The translations under genes were made by a program, and so were the position numbers. Shown piece by piece: positions 35,701 through 52,834 of a DNA stretch of 64,000 nt; position 1 is the stretch's first letter; every line of letters starts with the position of its first letter. The stretch spans positions 496,001 through 560,000 of the forward strand of contig CM030334.1 in NCBI GenBank assembly GCA_017654855.1, given 5' to 3'. Below the pieces are notes generated by a model, which was given only the letters and a program-made list of their open reading frames with translations, did not search any database and was not told the origin of the DNA. The DNA comes from Podospora anserina (Eukaryota).

Positions 35701-38700
35701 GGCTGCGCCCGCAGAAACATCCGCAGCGCCACCAATCCGCAGGCGGTTGCAGAGGTCGCCCGTTGTTATTATGGCCTCGGCCCTCGAACGATCCGTGACG
35801 ACTGCATCAAATGCCGATACTCACTCTAGAATTTCGGTAGACGAACCACAGCACCCGGATTTACCACACCATTTCCATCCTCGGAATCCAGGGAGGAAGC
35901 CATACAGTCAGAGTCTCTGGTCGTCTGATATTGTGCATGCCTTGGGACAGGCCGCAGACGCTTCTCAAACGCTGCGAAGGAGGTTAGTGGCGATCATGAT
36001 TCACAGCAACACAGCATCATGCACTATCTGCCGGACCTCGCCCGTAGCCAGTCACACACGATCAGACATGGTCCAAGTCGCGAAGCAGGAAAGACAACAG
36101 CGTCGATCTTTGTTGAGGAGGGGTTCACAGGGTCTTTTCTCCATCATGCCATATCAACGGCCGTTTTGACGCTTGGCGGCACCGGCGGGGTCTCAGGTAG
36201 CATAAGAAAAGAAGAAAAGAAATGCCCTTCGAGAAACTCAGTCGAAACAACACCCCGCCAAGCGAAGGGGAAAACGGCACATCCCGAAACTGATGGTGGA
36301 ATGTTGTGCTAACGCTTCGTCGTAAGCGAGCATTGCGAGTCTGGGGGGTATCTCGACCGATAAAAGCCCCTCGACTGTGTAGTCGATGCTACCATGTACG
36401 AAATAGGGGCTTGTTTCTGGTTAGTGCTAGTTGCATATCACCACCCTTCCACCAACCAGCCTCCCCTCGGTCGAGAATATTGACCCGTGGCCCAAGGCAA
36501 ACATGGAGCATCGCGAGAGAATCTCGATGGCAGGAGGGGCTACAGGATTAACAAACAGTCACGATATCAGACTTTTGCATCATTCTGAAGGGATTCAAAC
36601 CCGTGTAATCGGTTTCATTCGGCTCACCTCACCATCCGCAGGCGTCATGATGAACCGACGATCCTCTTTTTGGTGATCAGCGAGAAGGCCAGATCAAAGC
36701 TCGAGCGTCATAGCTGCGATACCAATAAGCATCTCACAGCGATGCTTATTCCATCACACCTATCGGAGGATGAGATCGACGCTGCGCCGCCTGCTCGTCG
36801 GGACTACTATCACACAACTCCCAAGGCCTTCCCGTGGGTGCGTGAACTCCATGTTTCCTCACCACCGGGTTGTTGTGGATTCTCGCACGGACAGCATCTC
36901 CGTGTTGAACCACCGGAGCAGGACCTCGCTCCGAAGACCCGACCCAGCCGATCGGTGGTGGGGGTCTGAGCTGCTTTTTGAACGACGTCTGGAACTCCAA
37001 CCAAGTAGTAATAAATTGCTCTTCATATATTTCATCGTCATTTTGGATACACCACCAGAGGCACGGGCGGTACAGTTTGCTGATCGTGATGACAGTTACA
37101 TACACCTCTTATCAAATCAAGTAGATCGTCACGCTCTTTGGTCCTCACATATTGCGAGGGAATCAACAACACCGAAGCCTGCTGCTTCTCTCCCCTTTGT
37201 GGATGAGAGGGTGATTTTTGCTTGCAGATTCTTTGTCAAGATGACGAGGATGGGCATGCCTGTTACGACAGGCAAGCTGTTTTGCACGAGACATCATACA
37301 GTGACGGCATCGTATGGGTATCGAATGCCCCGGAGTATAGTGTTCTTTGGCACTGTTTTCGGCTAACCCAACGATGACCTGTCCCATCACGTTATACTGG
37401 CTTCTCCGAGACCTAGCACAATGTCTATGGCATGTCTGAAAATCGGTGCGAGTCTTCCAGTCACGCCTTGGTCAGCATTCTAGGATGGACAGACAACCCT
37501 ATCCTTTCTCTCAACCTTCGAGAAACTAGTTGTAGGATCTCCTCAAGCCTCTTCCCTGTTCCTTCTTCCCAGCCTAATTCTCAGGCCGTTCATCAGGTCC
37601 ACATGGGACGTGCCAACACGGTCAATATGATCAAGCCCCATCCAACCAGCTCTCTAAGGTTTGCATCTTTTGACATCAAGTGATGTGTCGCTACAAATCT
37701 TCCCCGAGAAGTGCAAAGATCGGAGTTTGGCTGTTTGATGACCGAACCGGGCTGAAGTGGGCTTTTTTTGAGTTGGCTGGTGGCCGCCTCGCACCACAGA
37801 AAACACAGGAAAAGCTCAACAGTTAGACTCCTCTCCGAGCGGCTCGCAAAGTACACAATGGGCAGAATTACCACCTTTGGCATCTTCTGTACCTAGGCAC
37901 TCAAACATCATCAAGGGAGGGCAACCTGCTCTTTGCCCCCTCTCCACTGCCGCATCATCCCAAGGCTCGGGGCCTGCCAACCAGCGGCACATTCAGAGTT
38001 GTCTGCGGCACGACGCTGAGAAAGGTCTCAAGAAGCATGAGGGGAAGAGTCGGCGGGTGTTGTGGAACCGGTCGCGAGATCTGGCCTGAGTCAGTCCGCC
38101 AGTTCTGACTGACTGTTGACTGCCGCCGCTACGGACGGTTATATGCTGTGTAATATGTGGGTGACGGCTGCACGACAACAGAAACAGCGACGACACCCCC
38201 AGTGAACACGGTTCAAGGACATGATCGCGGACCTTTGCCGCCCACCGTCACATGAAAAGCTGAGAAACAAGACCTCGCACCGCAAAGTGGCTTCGGTGTC
38301 TACGTTTGAGACTCAGCAGAACAAGTCCCGAAAGCCTTGGGGGTCAAGAAGCACGGTGAAACGGGAGGCAGGGTAACAGCGAGGGTGTTAAAGTCAGGCA
38401 TATGAAGCGTGCAACGGCGGGCGGAACACTCTTCGGCAGCCTACATCTTGCTTCCTGCCCGGAGCCGATGGTTTGGTGTTGCCGTCCTGTCCTACCGGTC
38501 ACGGTATTCGTTCTGTACAAGGCCATCAGCCAGCCGGGGGGTGGGCGCTCACCCAGCCTCAACCAGCACCAGCCTTGCCATTCAATGTCTGTCCACATAT
38601 TGCACCCGCCGCCCGTTGTCCCCCCGTGGAAGTGTCTCTGTTTCTCTCGGTCTAGGCGCCACAAGTCTGCTGCCCATCGCCCGACCGACAGTCGCCCAGA

Positions 38701-40722
38701 CCACCGGAGCGCCCAGTGCCCAATGCCGTGCTACCTTCGGCGTCGGTGGTCACCCAGTCAAGTCATCTACTCAAGACGAGACAAGACGAGGCGAGGCGAC
38801 ACGGCCGTGTGTTGAAGTTCGTGGTGCCGGTAGCTAGCATGTCAAGCAGTTCCGGGCTGAGAATGAAAAGAGCAGAGACCGCACAAGGCGAGGTAAGCTA
38901 CTGCCGCCTGCAAGAGCACCGTGGTAAAGTGGTGGGTGGTCAGTTGCACGACCGACCAACCGTTTCCCGTTCGTTTCTGCTTTCATACATATGTGCTGTT
39001 CCACGGTTTTGTGCCACAAGCCGAAGGGGTCCTTGTTTTCATTTTTCTTGCACACACCCCTTTCTCAAACTCTGTTACTGTGCCTACCCCGGACCATCAA
39101 CCATATGGTGAAAGGGTTCGCCAAAGTCCGAAGTCATCGGTGGGTAAGGTCTCGAGCCCCCAGCTCCTTGCCGCCAACAAGCATTCCCTCGGTCGAGTCA
39201 AAAGGTTGGGAAGGAATCCATCGGAAGGTGGAGGCGGCGCAAGGGTAGGAAGGCAAGGCAAAAAAGGGGCACAGCACCTTTCAAAGTCCCTGTGTGCATA
39301 TCGCTCCTCTAGCAATGCTTGGACATCCGGGACCTAAGGCTCCTCGGGGAATGGTCAAGTCATTAAGACTATTTACACTACAACATGCCTCGCGGCGTGA
39401 TACTGCCCACCCGGTAGTTTAGCCACCTATGTGCATACCATACGGACCTAGTCACTGCAAAAGTGCTCTCTCTCCTCCCCAATTCGCTCATGACTGGTGA
39501 TGATGATGACAAGGCGTGTGTAAAATTCCCACCCCTAACAAGTAGCCTCCCAAACACAGTCAGCACCACATGTCCATCTCCATCTTCCAGCAACTGCAAC
39601 CCAGCATAAGCATCGCAACCCTTTCCACACCACAGTTAACCTCCACGGCATTTCCCGCTCCTCATCCTGCACAGCTTCTCCTGTTGACACCCCCCTTTTC
39701 GGATCCATCACCCCCAACCCAAACCACCCATCAGAACCAAGGAAAGCAACTACCTACAGTGGCTAACCGACATCAAACTCCCCGAAGTCCCAGAACTTCA
39801 ACTGCAACAGCAGACGTCGGTCTCGGTCTCGGCTGTGGTGCTCTTAAAAGACAACGCACTCACTAAACCACGAGACACAAGCTCACGGAGGTAGTACTAA
39901 AACATTCAACACTCCCTGCTTTGATTCTGATGAATGCCCAAAGACAAACCCGGCGAGAAAGATGCTCACCCAAACCGAGACAAAACACTCAGAAAAGAGA
40001 CCACCACTTTCAGATCCTGGCATGATCGTAAGCTTCTGCTGCACAGCCTGAAACCTACAGACCTACCCGCATATGCATCCAATTTATTACACAGAGCGGC
40101 AGTCCTACCCAACCGTACCAGTCATGAAGTGACATGAGCCTGTGAGCCTGTGGGCCTGCGATAGTTCTTGGTTTTGCATTTCTTGTTTCTCTCGAGTTCC
40201 AACGCGGCTGCATGGAATGCATTTTATACAAGCAGAACCGGAACCATTATCCAGGAAAAGATTCCCTTCCAAGAAAACAAGAGAATGTGTAAAGAAAACA
40301 AGAGAATGCGTAAAACAAACAGTAAAATCACCAGGTTTACTTCTAATCTAATCCTTGTGCCTATGCATATGTCCCTTTGGCAGTGTCATGTCGGGTTGTG
40401 CCATGTTTATACCACCCTCATGCTAGAAAAACAACATCAACTCCGGTCCAGTTCCGGTCCCCTTGATTACCCAGCGAGTCCAGTTGACCCCATGGAGAAA
40501 CGAGTCTTCAGGGTGTCCAAGATACAACCCTGTTTGCAGACGATATCGAAACAAAAGCCCCCCCTTCCGTAAACAAGCCAGCCATCCGGCCCATATCTAA
40601 ACCTAGCCATCCAGCCATCGCCGCAAAACGACATATGCAAGAGGTGGGGAAGCGCCTCCTCTCACCGGGGCAGCATGTAAACATGCCTCTTCTCAATGGC
40701 CGGACCTAGTAGAGGGCCCGCT

Positions 40723-43866
<3,144 letters not shown>

Positions 43867-44500
43867 TGTACCGACCGCCTTGCTCTGAGTCTTACTGTCT
43901 GCCCTGTTTTCCACCAAGACCTTTTTTTCCAGCGCAGCTGGCAACCAATCTGCGCTCTGCTGTGGAGGAGGAGCAAACAAGTGTCAGCCGTGAACTGTCA
44001 ACGCAATAAACCAAATGTGGAGGGCTGAAGCCGACCAGTCAAGTGTTTCCAACCTCTCAAGCCTTGTGGGTGATGGTGCTGTGGATTCAGGGGATATGAG
44101 TGATATGATGCAATAAGACAAGATGATCTGATATCTGCCCTGCGAACTTGGTGTGCTGATGATGATGCTGACCTGACTCGAGTGGAGAAAGGCGAGAGAT
44201 GAAGTCGCTGCCCACTTGAAAGTCCCCAGGTGCGACGCGGGCGCGCATGCCACGGCATTGGGCCTTAGACTGGGGCATCCGTGCGTCAAAAAGGTGCTAA
44301 AACGAATATGCCGGTGTTCTACCGGTTGACCGCCCGGTGATTGTGGACCTCCTATTGTGACTTGATCTCCACTACCAGCGTTCTCAACCGCGGGGCAAAT
44401 CATCCTAACAAAGTTCACCAGGCTCCTGATTTCTTTGCGCCAGTTCACCAGCATCAACCACACCAACATCTTTTACACTTCTACACAAACAAAAGTCATC

Positions 44501-45002
44501 ATGGGCGGACAAGGCAGAGAAGGCAAGTGTCGCTGTGTTATCATCCCCCTCCAAAGACCTCACTAACCTCTGCGCGCTTACACAGGTGGCAAGGCCAAGC
44601 CCCTCAAGGTCAGTCTCTTTCTCGATCGATAGTGCACCGAAAACCAAAGCGCCGACTAGATAATACGCAATGAGCCAAGGACTGACGGACAACGACAGGC
44701 CCCCAAGAAGCAAAACAAGGAGCTCGATGATGAGGACAAGGCTTTCCTTGAGAAGCAGCGTGCTGGTACGATACCCCCAATGCAATATGCGCTCCCGCGC
44801 AGAGAATGGACAGCAACTAACATGATTGGGCCAACTGCAGCTGAGAAGGCCAAGAAGGAGATGGCCGCCAAGGCTGGCGGTAAGGGACCACTGGTGAGTC
44901 GTCCTGTCATCAGCCATCAGGGGAGTCAGATCAGGCCTAACCTTTCTTTGTGTTGTGTAGAACACCGGTGCCCAGGGTATCAAGAAGTCTGGAAAGAAGT
45001 AA
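44501..45002 (+). CDS. tma7: Translation machinery-associated protein 7 (5 exons; missed by the ORF track)
   Basis: Exons 44501-44522, 44586-44608, 44699-44765, 44841-44893 and 44961-45002 assemble to [68 protein letters not shown]. The first intron is GC-AG. Confidence 0.93.
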
Positions 45003-45736
45003 ACGGTGTACCCTCTGTGGGGCTTCGTTGGGAATGGACACTATTAGGGCGTTTTGGGGGTTGTGGGTTGCGGGATTGTTATCAGGTTAAGGGCTCAGCT
45101 CGGCAGGTAGCAAAGGTGCTCGGTGATGGCTTTGTGGCGCAATAGAGATTCAGTCAAGTGCTGACTGCTTGCTGCTTGGTATGCATGGCATCTTTCCTGT
45201 CTTCGCTAGTGCGCTGTCGGAGATGTCTCTGACCCAAAACTGCCGCTGAACCTCATGAGGTTGGCATGGAGTTGTAACAGCAATATGTTTTAACGTTCCT
45301 GTACGCGACATGTACACGAGAGATCACCCCATCCAGAATGATATCTACAGCGAGATCTTTGCTCCGTAAATACTTCACCAAAGTATATACATGATGGGGG
45401 ATGGGTAACGTACCCGAGCCCCACACCCAAAAGGAATTACATGAAATTATACATGCACCTCGGAACCCTCTCTCTATCCTCTTTTTCTAGAACCTGCGCC
45501 TAGTCTTCTTGTGTCCCCATTGAAATTCGTAGCGTGACGTGATGTGAACGTGATTTGGCGTGCTAGAAGCCAAACAGTCCACACAGACTTAACCTTGAAA
45601 CAAGGTGATTACAGCAAATCTATTCAGAAAAACAACGCCCAAAGACCATGCTTATCTACCCAAATGCAATGATTGTTGTGCTTAATCACCACCCAACCAC
45701 GGTTTGCTTCTATTCATCATCACTTATCCAAGGAGA

Positions 45737-48700
45737 TTAGCCCCTATAGGTGTTGCCACCATTGCCGCCGCCCGGAGGGCCTGGTGTTCCTCTCCGCGGC
45801 CCTCTAAAGTAGTCATATTGTGTCGGGTCTTGACTTGTCGCTGGCTGGCCAAATTCTTGATCGCTCTGCGGAAGGCCGCCATAGCGGGGCCCCCCACCAA
45901 AGATGCCAGGCGGAATGGTAGGAACACCAGGTCTGTAAGTCCCAACGTCACCATCATAGCTCCCGTCTCCCGGGCCACCAGCAGCCGGTGTGGTGGGATA
46001 ACTCGATACCGGCATCAGCGCGGCTCCCTGCACCAGGTTGGCACCACTATCATTGCCAAGGCTGTATAAAGGACTCCTGCTGCGACTGGGCACCTCATGT
46101 GCGCCCAGTATGGGGGGTGAGTAGACGGATGGGCCCGCGTAGCCACTGGATGATGGCCCAGCCCCAGGGTCGTTGTACGGTGACAACAGCCTGCGATTGG
46201 CGCCGAAGCCCATTCCTCCACTCGGCGTTCCGGGTCGGGAGTCTGGCCCGCTCATCATGGTGCCCGGCGTGCCCGGCCGATGGATGTCTGATCCAAAGAG
46301 CTCGCCTGCACCATGGTCTTCTGCGAATTCGTCGCGGTTCTTGTAAAATTCAAAGTCAAGACGTGATTCGGGTACCACTTCGAAACCAGGCATGCTCGGC
46401 GACGCCTTGCCAGCCTTGCCGGACATCATGGAATCCATAACGTACGTGTCGCTGTAGCCGCTGACAGATACCGAATCTCCCAGGCCACCCGCTTCCCTAC
46501 CGTCGCTCAGCCGCCCTTGATAGATGCTCGCAAGAACATTCTGTGCCTTTGCGTGAACCATGGGTGTGATGAGGGGCTTGTAGAGAGCCGGATGGCCAAA
46601 ACGAGCCGCAAGACGATCGTTCCGCATACTTTGCTCCTTGACATTCAGCCCTTCTTCAGTCCGTCCTTGCTTGGTAAATCTCGTCGCATAAAAGTGGATC
46701 TTATCATCGTAGACGCGGCTGCAGACTATCTTGAAAACGATCAACAAGATGGGCAGCGGTGCCAGAGCATATACTTGGGTCCGATCGACTTGGATGCCAC
46801 GGACCCAAACGACCAAGAAGGTGACCAGGTTGGCAAGAAAGGTCCCGAACAGGAAACGGTTGAACAGCACGCGCCAGAACATGCCTCCGCTTTCCGTCTT
46901 CGTAACGAAAATGTAGAGCAACAAGTACTTCTTGAAAGCCACATCGATACAGAAGAACAGTGCTGCCGCAGGGAGGACAAGAGGCTGAATGGGGGCATAG
47001 CAGAGGGCGACGGTGGCGTAGAAAAGGAAGTAGTTGTAGTAGCTGGCGTAATCAAAGGGCGGTGGTGCTGTGAGCTCGATCAGTTCCCGAGGCGTTGGGT
47101 TAGAGAACTTTCGCACAACGAAGCTGTAGAAGAGAGTCCACAGTTGCGCAAGATCAATCGCCGCACCGAGCTGTCTCTGCAGGAGCCATGAGACCCAGAA
47201 AGGAGACACTTTGATGAGTGAGAGGAACAGGAGAAATCCGAAATCGGCTTCGTAGATGGCCTTCCAAGCATCCTGACCGTTGTTGGTCCTCTGAACAACC
47301 GTAGCAGTAAATCCCCAGATGGCACTGAAAACGGAGAAGATGAAGAGGTTGTTGAAAGTGAAGAAGGCGTACAGTTTCGCGACGACATGGCGCTCTCTTC
47401 CCGTTTTAGTCTTATCGCCTGCTCTGATGGACATGCGGCGGAAAGCAATCGGAAGTAGCAGGTAAACAAGTGACATGATTGCCGGAGATGCGATACCCTG
47501 AACAATGGACCAGAATTGGGGGCTGCTGGCCAGTTCGTCCCGGAACTCTTTCCATACCAAGCCCAAGTTACTCAGATTGACCAGGAAGACGGCGATGAAA
47601 GCATTGGGAACAATCCACAGAATAGTGAGAACCGCCATCCAGAAATTGTTCCACAGGCGCCTCCTACGGCGAGCTGATGGACTCAGTGGCATGTTCTCCC
47701 AGATGATGTCGTTTGGCCGAGGAGCCAGCTTGATGATCGCACCTTGAGGCTTCTTCTTCCGACACAGGTAGGCGATGGAGTGTGTCTCGGAGATATCTGA
47801 GTATGACGCAAAACCATACGGCATGGTCACTCTCTTATCCACCCTTTGCCGAACATCTTTGATCTCGAGCTCCAGCAGCTTGATGCGCTCGGTAAGATAG
47901 TCAATGGCGTCGACTTTGTGGCCCTTGGGATAGCTTGCGTATGAGTGGTCCTTCTTGGAAGGTCGACAGAGAGGTCTTGCTGGTGGCAGGTTTTTGGGGT
48001 CCTTCAGATAGACTGCCAGGACCTTTTCGAGCTTCCTGACTGTCTTGCCATGCGACTCAATGAGACTTGGGAGAATCCTGACATCACGAGCGATGGCAGT
48101 TCTTGAGAAGGAAGAGCTTGGGACCACACTATCGATGATTCGAGCGATACCCTCGTCTGAGCCTAGGTTCTTTGGAATATCGTACACCTAGAAACGCACA
48201 GTGTCAGCCAAGCACTCCTGACTTTGTCACATGGTATAACCACGATGGAGTGCAAAGGGGGTGTTCCATACCATCAGCGTACGGCTGTGCAAACTGTGTT
48301 GATACTCCTCGCTCTCGTAGTACTTTCGCCTCAACTGGACAACCTTTCTATAGTTCCACCAGAGAAAGACACAAACAACAATGTCAAAGATCCAGGCCAC
48401 GCTGACACTCGCCCACTGAGCCGACCCCCACACCAAGTTAGGTGTAATCTTGGAGAGCCAGTTGTCTTCGATGCCCACGCGAGTCGTTGCAGTCCAGTTG
48501 ACAGGAATCAAGATAGCGCAGCCGAGAACTGTGAGAATGGCAAATATGTTGCGGCACATCCTTGTAAATCGCATAAAGATGGTGGCGTCCATCCCAATCA
48601 AGTTGACCATATCCTCCTCGGTTGTCTTCCACAACGGGGTAACCCAAGCAAAGAAGCCCTTCCCCATCGGCGGCGGGGCATGTTTTTCGTCGGCATGTTT

Positions 48701-48940
48701 GAGCTTCGGCGCATATACAACACTATTGAACGGTCGGAGAATCGAAAAGAGGAAGGCGATCACGGCTGTGGTTCCGATGGAAGAGCCCAGCGCAGCAATG
48801 ATGGCAGTTTTTTGCAACTAGCGGTTTGTTCGTCAGCGGTCTTGTGTTGTCAAATCGACATGACGGGATAACGGTACCTGTGTTGAAAAGGGATCAGCCA
48901 GCAAATCCAGGAGGATCTGCCCAGGATCCTTTTCCGCCAT
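45737..48940 (-). CDS. OSCA/TMEM63/CSC1 (DUF221, Rsn1-like) calcium-permeable stress-gated channel
   Basis: Start GCCACCATGG at 48940 (MAEKDPGQILL...), introns ~48818-48877 and ~48188-48271. Motifs LRPFNSVVYAPK, GMDATIFMRF, SLHSRTLM, APRPNDIIWENM, TPRE...PPPFDY and TESGGMFW, with multiple TM segments. Confidence 0.92.
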
Positions 48941-51198
48941 GGTGGCTCTGGGCTGAAAGTGAAGCAACGCCCTCGAAGGGCAAGATGAGTAAAGGAGGTC
49001 CCCAGATTCCGAAAATCAGGGTCCAAAGCGGATGGATGGATGGACAGAAATCGAGCGGCAGCTACAGTCTAATCAATCTGGCCCGGCTGTATACCCAACC
49101 CGTGCCCATTCGTTGTTGCAACCAACCCACGCGGGCTGCCCCTTTATCGTTCTTTATCGTCACGTTTCAAATGTTGTCGTGCCGTCGTGAACAACGGCAG
49201 CTTTGGTTCGCCCAAAGCCGGACGATGTCGTCGTGCAAGATGTCGCCGAGCGTGCCTCGAATACCTATGGCTTCTGGGTTGTGTGGGCGTGTTGTCGAAG
49301 CTGGATGGAATTCGGGGAGAAGCAGCGAAAAACGACGTGGGTGACGTATAGGACGGGCGCCAAGGCGCGAATGCGTTGGGCTTGGAGGATCCCAGAGACA
49401 AGCGATCTAGATCGGCATACTTTTTGGACTATGTATTCCAGTATTCTGGAAGTTTTGGAAACTTCCACGAGGTTGAGGGGGCGCCCGAGGTGCAGCACGC
49501 AAATCAGGACAAAGAATAGGCGCGCAAAATCACAGGAAAAAGGAGTGTCAGGAGGAATCGAAATCAAAGCGAGTGGTATTTTCGAGACCCCCCCCAGGTA
49601 GCGAGTGAATATGGAATGGCGTCTGTTGGGTGGAAAAAACACCGACTGGAGTTTGGAGTTCTTGGTGTTCGCCAGAGCTGGGGAAGGAGGCCCAGACACC
49701 GGCGCTATCCCGCCCAAGGCCGTGCACAAGTCAGGGTCCCAGGCCCGGAACGGTTCCTCCAATTTTTTTTGCTGCGTCACCGCCTGACAACCTGTCTAGA
49801 AGGATTTAGGGACTGCAGTACGATTGGCCACCCCTAAGAACTCCAGATGACCAAGCTTTCCGGAGTGTGGTGTCGAGGCAAAGACGCAGCAAAAAGTATA
49901 CAGCTTGGCCCAATGACCGGTTTTGCATCCACGGCATCTTTCCAAGATCCGTGTTCTATTTTGGCACTGCCTCTCGATTGGGATGCATCACTGGATCTGG
50001 GCGCCCCACCTGGACCCTGTGGGCGTGACATCCCTCAAAGAATACGAGCTTCATCCACGGCCCAAAACCTGGGTACCTATCCCCATTGCTAACCTCCTCG
50101 CCAACTGTTCTCTGTTGTGGCAGTCGATCACTCATGAGGCCGCCTGAGGGGCCACTTGCTGTTTGAAACAGTGTTTGCGTGTTCCCATTCCTGCTGCAGG
50201 CCGTTGCATGAACTCCAAGCTTCCATTTAGCGTTGGTGGCAGGATATCCCCGGGCCCGGCTCTTCTTCCCGACCCCGTCCCTTGCCGACTGACTGGCGAT
50301 CATTTTACCCTTTGATCGACAAGATCCAGCAACAGCTTCTAAACTCCGCGTGCAAAATATTTATCGCGAGAATGAAAATGGTGGCGTATATAAGTAAACA
50401 TTGCCAGCAAGTCCAGTGGAAGGGAGAAGCTGCGGGCTGGGTAAGGGAACTATGCATGACATTTGAATATGGGACGAAGCTGAATCCGACAATCGGGCGA
50501 GTGTCGTCATGCTACTGGCCCCGACCAACGTTGACGACCCGGAAGGCATCAATCGGGGGTGTTCGGCAGGCCCGGTTGGCCGGCCATGACCTTTCAACCA
50601 GCCAACGTGCTCACCGGAAGTCAGCCTCTTCAAGCCACCCACCACATTTCCCTCAAAACACCCTCCATCTTCCTGGATACGGAAATATTCTCTTTTGAAC
50701 TCACGGAGATAACAGTCTATGCTCAATTCTGTCAGTCGTGTCCGAGGGAGATTTGCCGCAACGATAAGAACATCCAGCTTTGGTTCATATAACCGCGTTA
50801 GACAGGTGATGACAATGTGGATTCATCATGTCTTTTGTTGGCCTCCTCCATCTTTTCCATTTGCAAACCAGATGTCCCGGTTGAAAAACGGACAAATATA
50901 TTTCACGCTTCCAAAGGATAGAGACGCCCCTGATCATCCCCTGAAGCATTCAGCTCTTTGGAAGTCTTTGCGAGAGGCCATGGTGTTTTAGATGGCACCT
51001 GAAATATACCAGATAGCTGTTGGAAGACTTATGAGTAGCTCTAACAAGGTGATCTCCTGACAACTGCTGCTTATTTACATCAGAATTCTGGAGAAATCAC
51101 ATTCCCAAATCAAATCCAAAACGATCCCAAAGAAAAGGTCGAGTGTCGAGCATAGATGTTAGTTGTTCTCAGCCTTAGCTTTCCCTCTCAACCGAGAC

Positions 51199-51829
51199 TT
51201 ATACCGGACCTTGGCTTCTTGTCTTCCTCGCTGTACGTCCAACTGATGTGAGAATTTTGCGTTCTTTCTGCTGTTTCTTGGGCCGGCCGGGGCCGCGTTT
51301 TTTTGTTGGTATCTCGCTCTTATTCACGGCGTTGGTGATGCTGATCTCGGGTTGAGCCTGCGTTTCGCCGAGGTCACCGTTGCTATCCCCGAAAGCCTCC
51401 TCTGCCTTTCTCTTTCCGCCCCCAAGCGGCGGTATAGATGCTGCTGTTTTAGTCGCTGCTGTACTGTCCGGGGCCACAGGAGCTTCACCCATCTCAGCAT
51501 CGTCGTCCCTGGTGTTGCCATTAGCACTAACAGCTGGCGCATGAGCGGCTTTGTCATTTTTGGCATCTTCTGCCACCTTGTCAGTATTAACCTCCGTAGA
51601 CTCAGCTGAAACGTCCGAGGTAGCTGCCTCCGTGCTTTTCTGGGGTGTATCCGTCGTCTCAACGTCTTTGGTGGTGCCGTTTGTCACCGTCTTGACTAAT
51701 GCGGCTGGCAACGTGACGGATTCGGGGGGTGTAGCTTTGGTCTGGCCGCTAGGCTCGGTTTTGGCGCTGTCCAAGTTCTCTTCTGATGTCGACGGCTCTG
51801 CGAGGCTCTCTGAAGTTGGAGCCGAAGCT

Positions 51830-51863
<34 letters not shown>

Positions 51864-52302
51864 TTAGGGTAGCTGAAGACGGTGCGGCGATACGTGACTC
51901 CACAGGACCGCCTGATGCAACTGGGGCGACCTGACCAGTTTTGTCATTGTCGCCGGTTGCTTTATTGTCAACATCGCCATTCGCCACTGCATTGATGTCG
52001 GCCAGTTTTGAAGTTTCGCCGACATCAGTCGACCAAGCCGGCGGTGCAGAGGTTAGCTCTTGATGGGTGACTACCGATAAGCGGAGACTTGATGTTAGCA
52101 GTGGACAGTAGCATACGCGTATCGAAGCCCTCGCTGTCACGTGTCACCACCTTAATCGTTCTTCAACTGCGTAACTGCGTGCCGACATCCATTGGGATCT
52201 CATCCGTCATTTGGACGCGCAAAGCTGAGCCCATTGACGAGTGATGATGGCTATTCCGCGTGGGGGAGGCTGTCTCGTACCTTTCTCCGCTTCCCCAGAC
52301 AT
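51199..52302 (-). CDS. Low-complexity nuclear protein with a C-terminal AT-hook
   Basis: Short exon MSGEAEK at 52302, intron ~52071-52280 (GTACGA...CTAAC...TAG), an Ala/Pro/Thr/Glu-rich body, a GKRK NLS-like motif, and KKRGPGRPKK...VGRTARKTRSQGPV*. Confidence 0.75.
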
Positions 52303-52834
52303 TGCGAACGAAGGCCGAAGTGCGATTGTAACAAGCAGCAATGACGTAACGTCGGAGGACTTGGCGCTAGATAGGGAAAATAGGAATTGAAGCACGGCAA
52401 TTGTCAACAGGCCAAATTGGGCGCGAGGCAGAATGATAGCTGCTGTACTGTAACTCGATGACAGGTTGACAATTTGAAGTTGATGCAGAAGCACGCAGGA
52501 GGGCAGATCGCAGAGGTTGAGACGGCAGCAGCATGCCATTGTCTTTTTGTCTCGAGATGCTCCCGTTGCACAGACAAATCAGGATTGGTTGGATCTCATC
52601 ATGGATCTGCGGCTCTTGAAAACATGACGGGATCAGGAATGACATGCCACACTAGTGTGCATCCATTCTACACATCATGCCATGAGCTAGTCTTCACCTT
52701 GGTTGAATACCGCCTCTCGCCATCTCTCACCTCATCATTCACTTAACCTCACCGTGGGTGCTCACGTCCCAGTTCCATCTTCACCGGGGTTTGTATTTAT
52801 GCTTCAGTGTGGAGGAAGCTATCCAGCCACCGCA

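Noticed and set aside
40271-40313. 21-bp direct duplication (AAGAAAACAAGAGAATGYGTA)
   Set aside because: A two-copy slippage-type duplication downstream of prp4; there is no element between the copies to suggest a target-site duplication.
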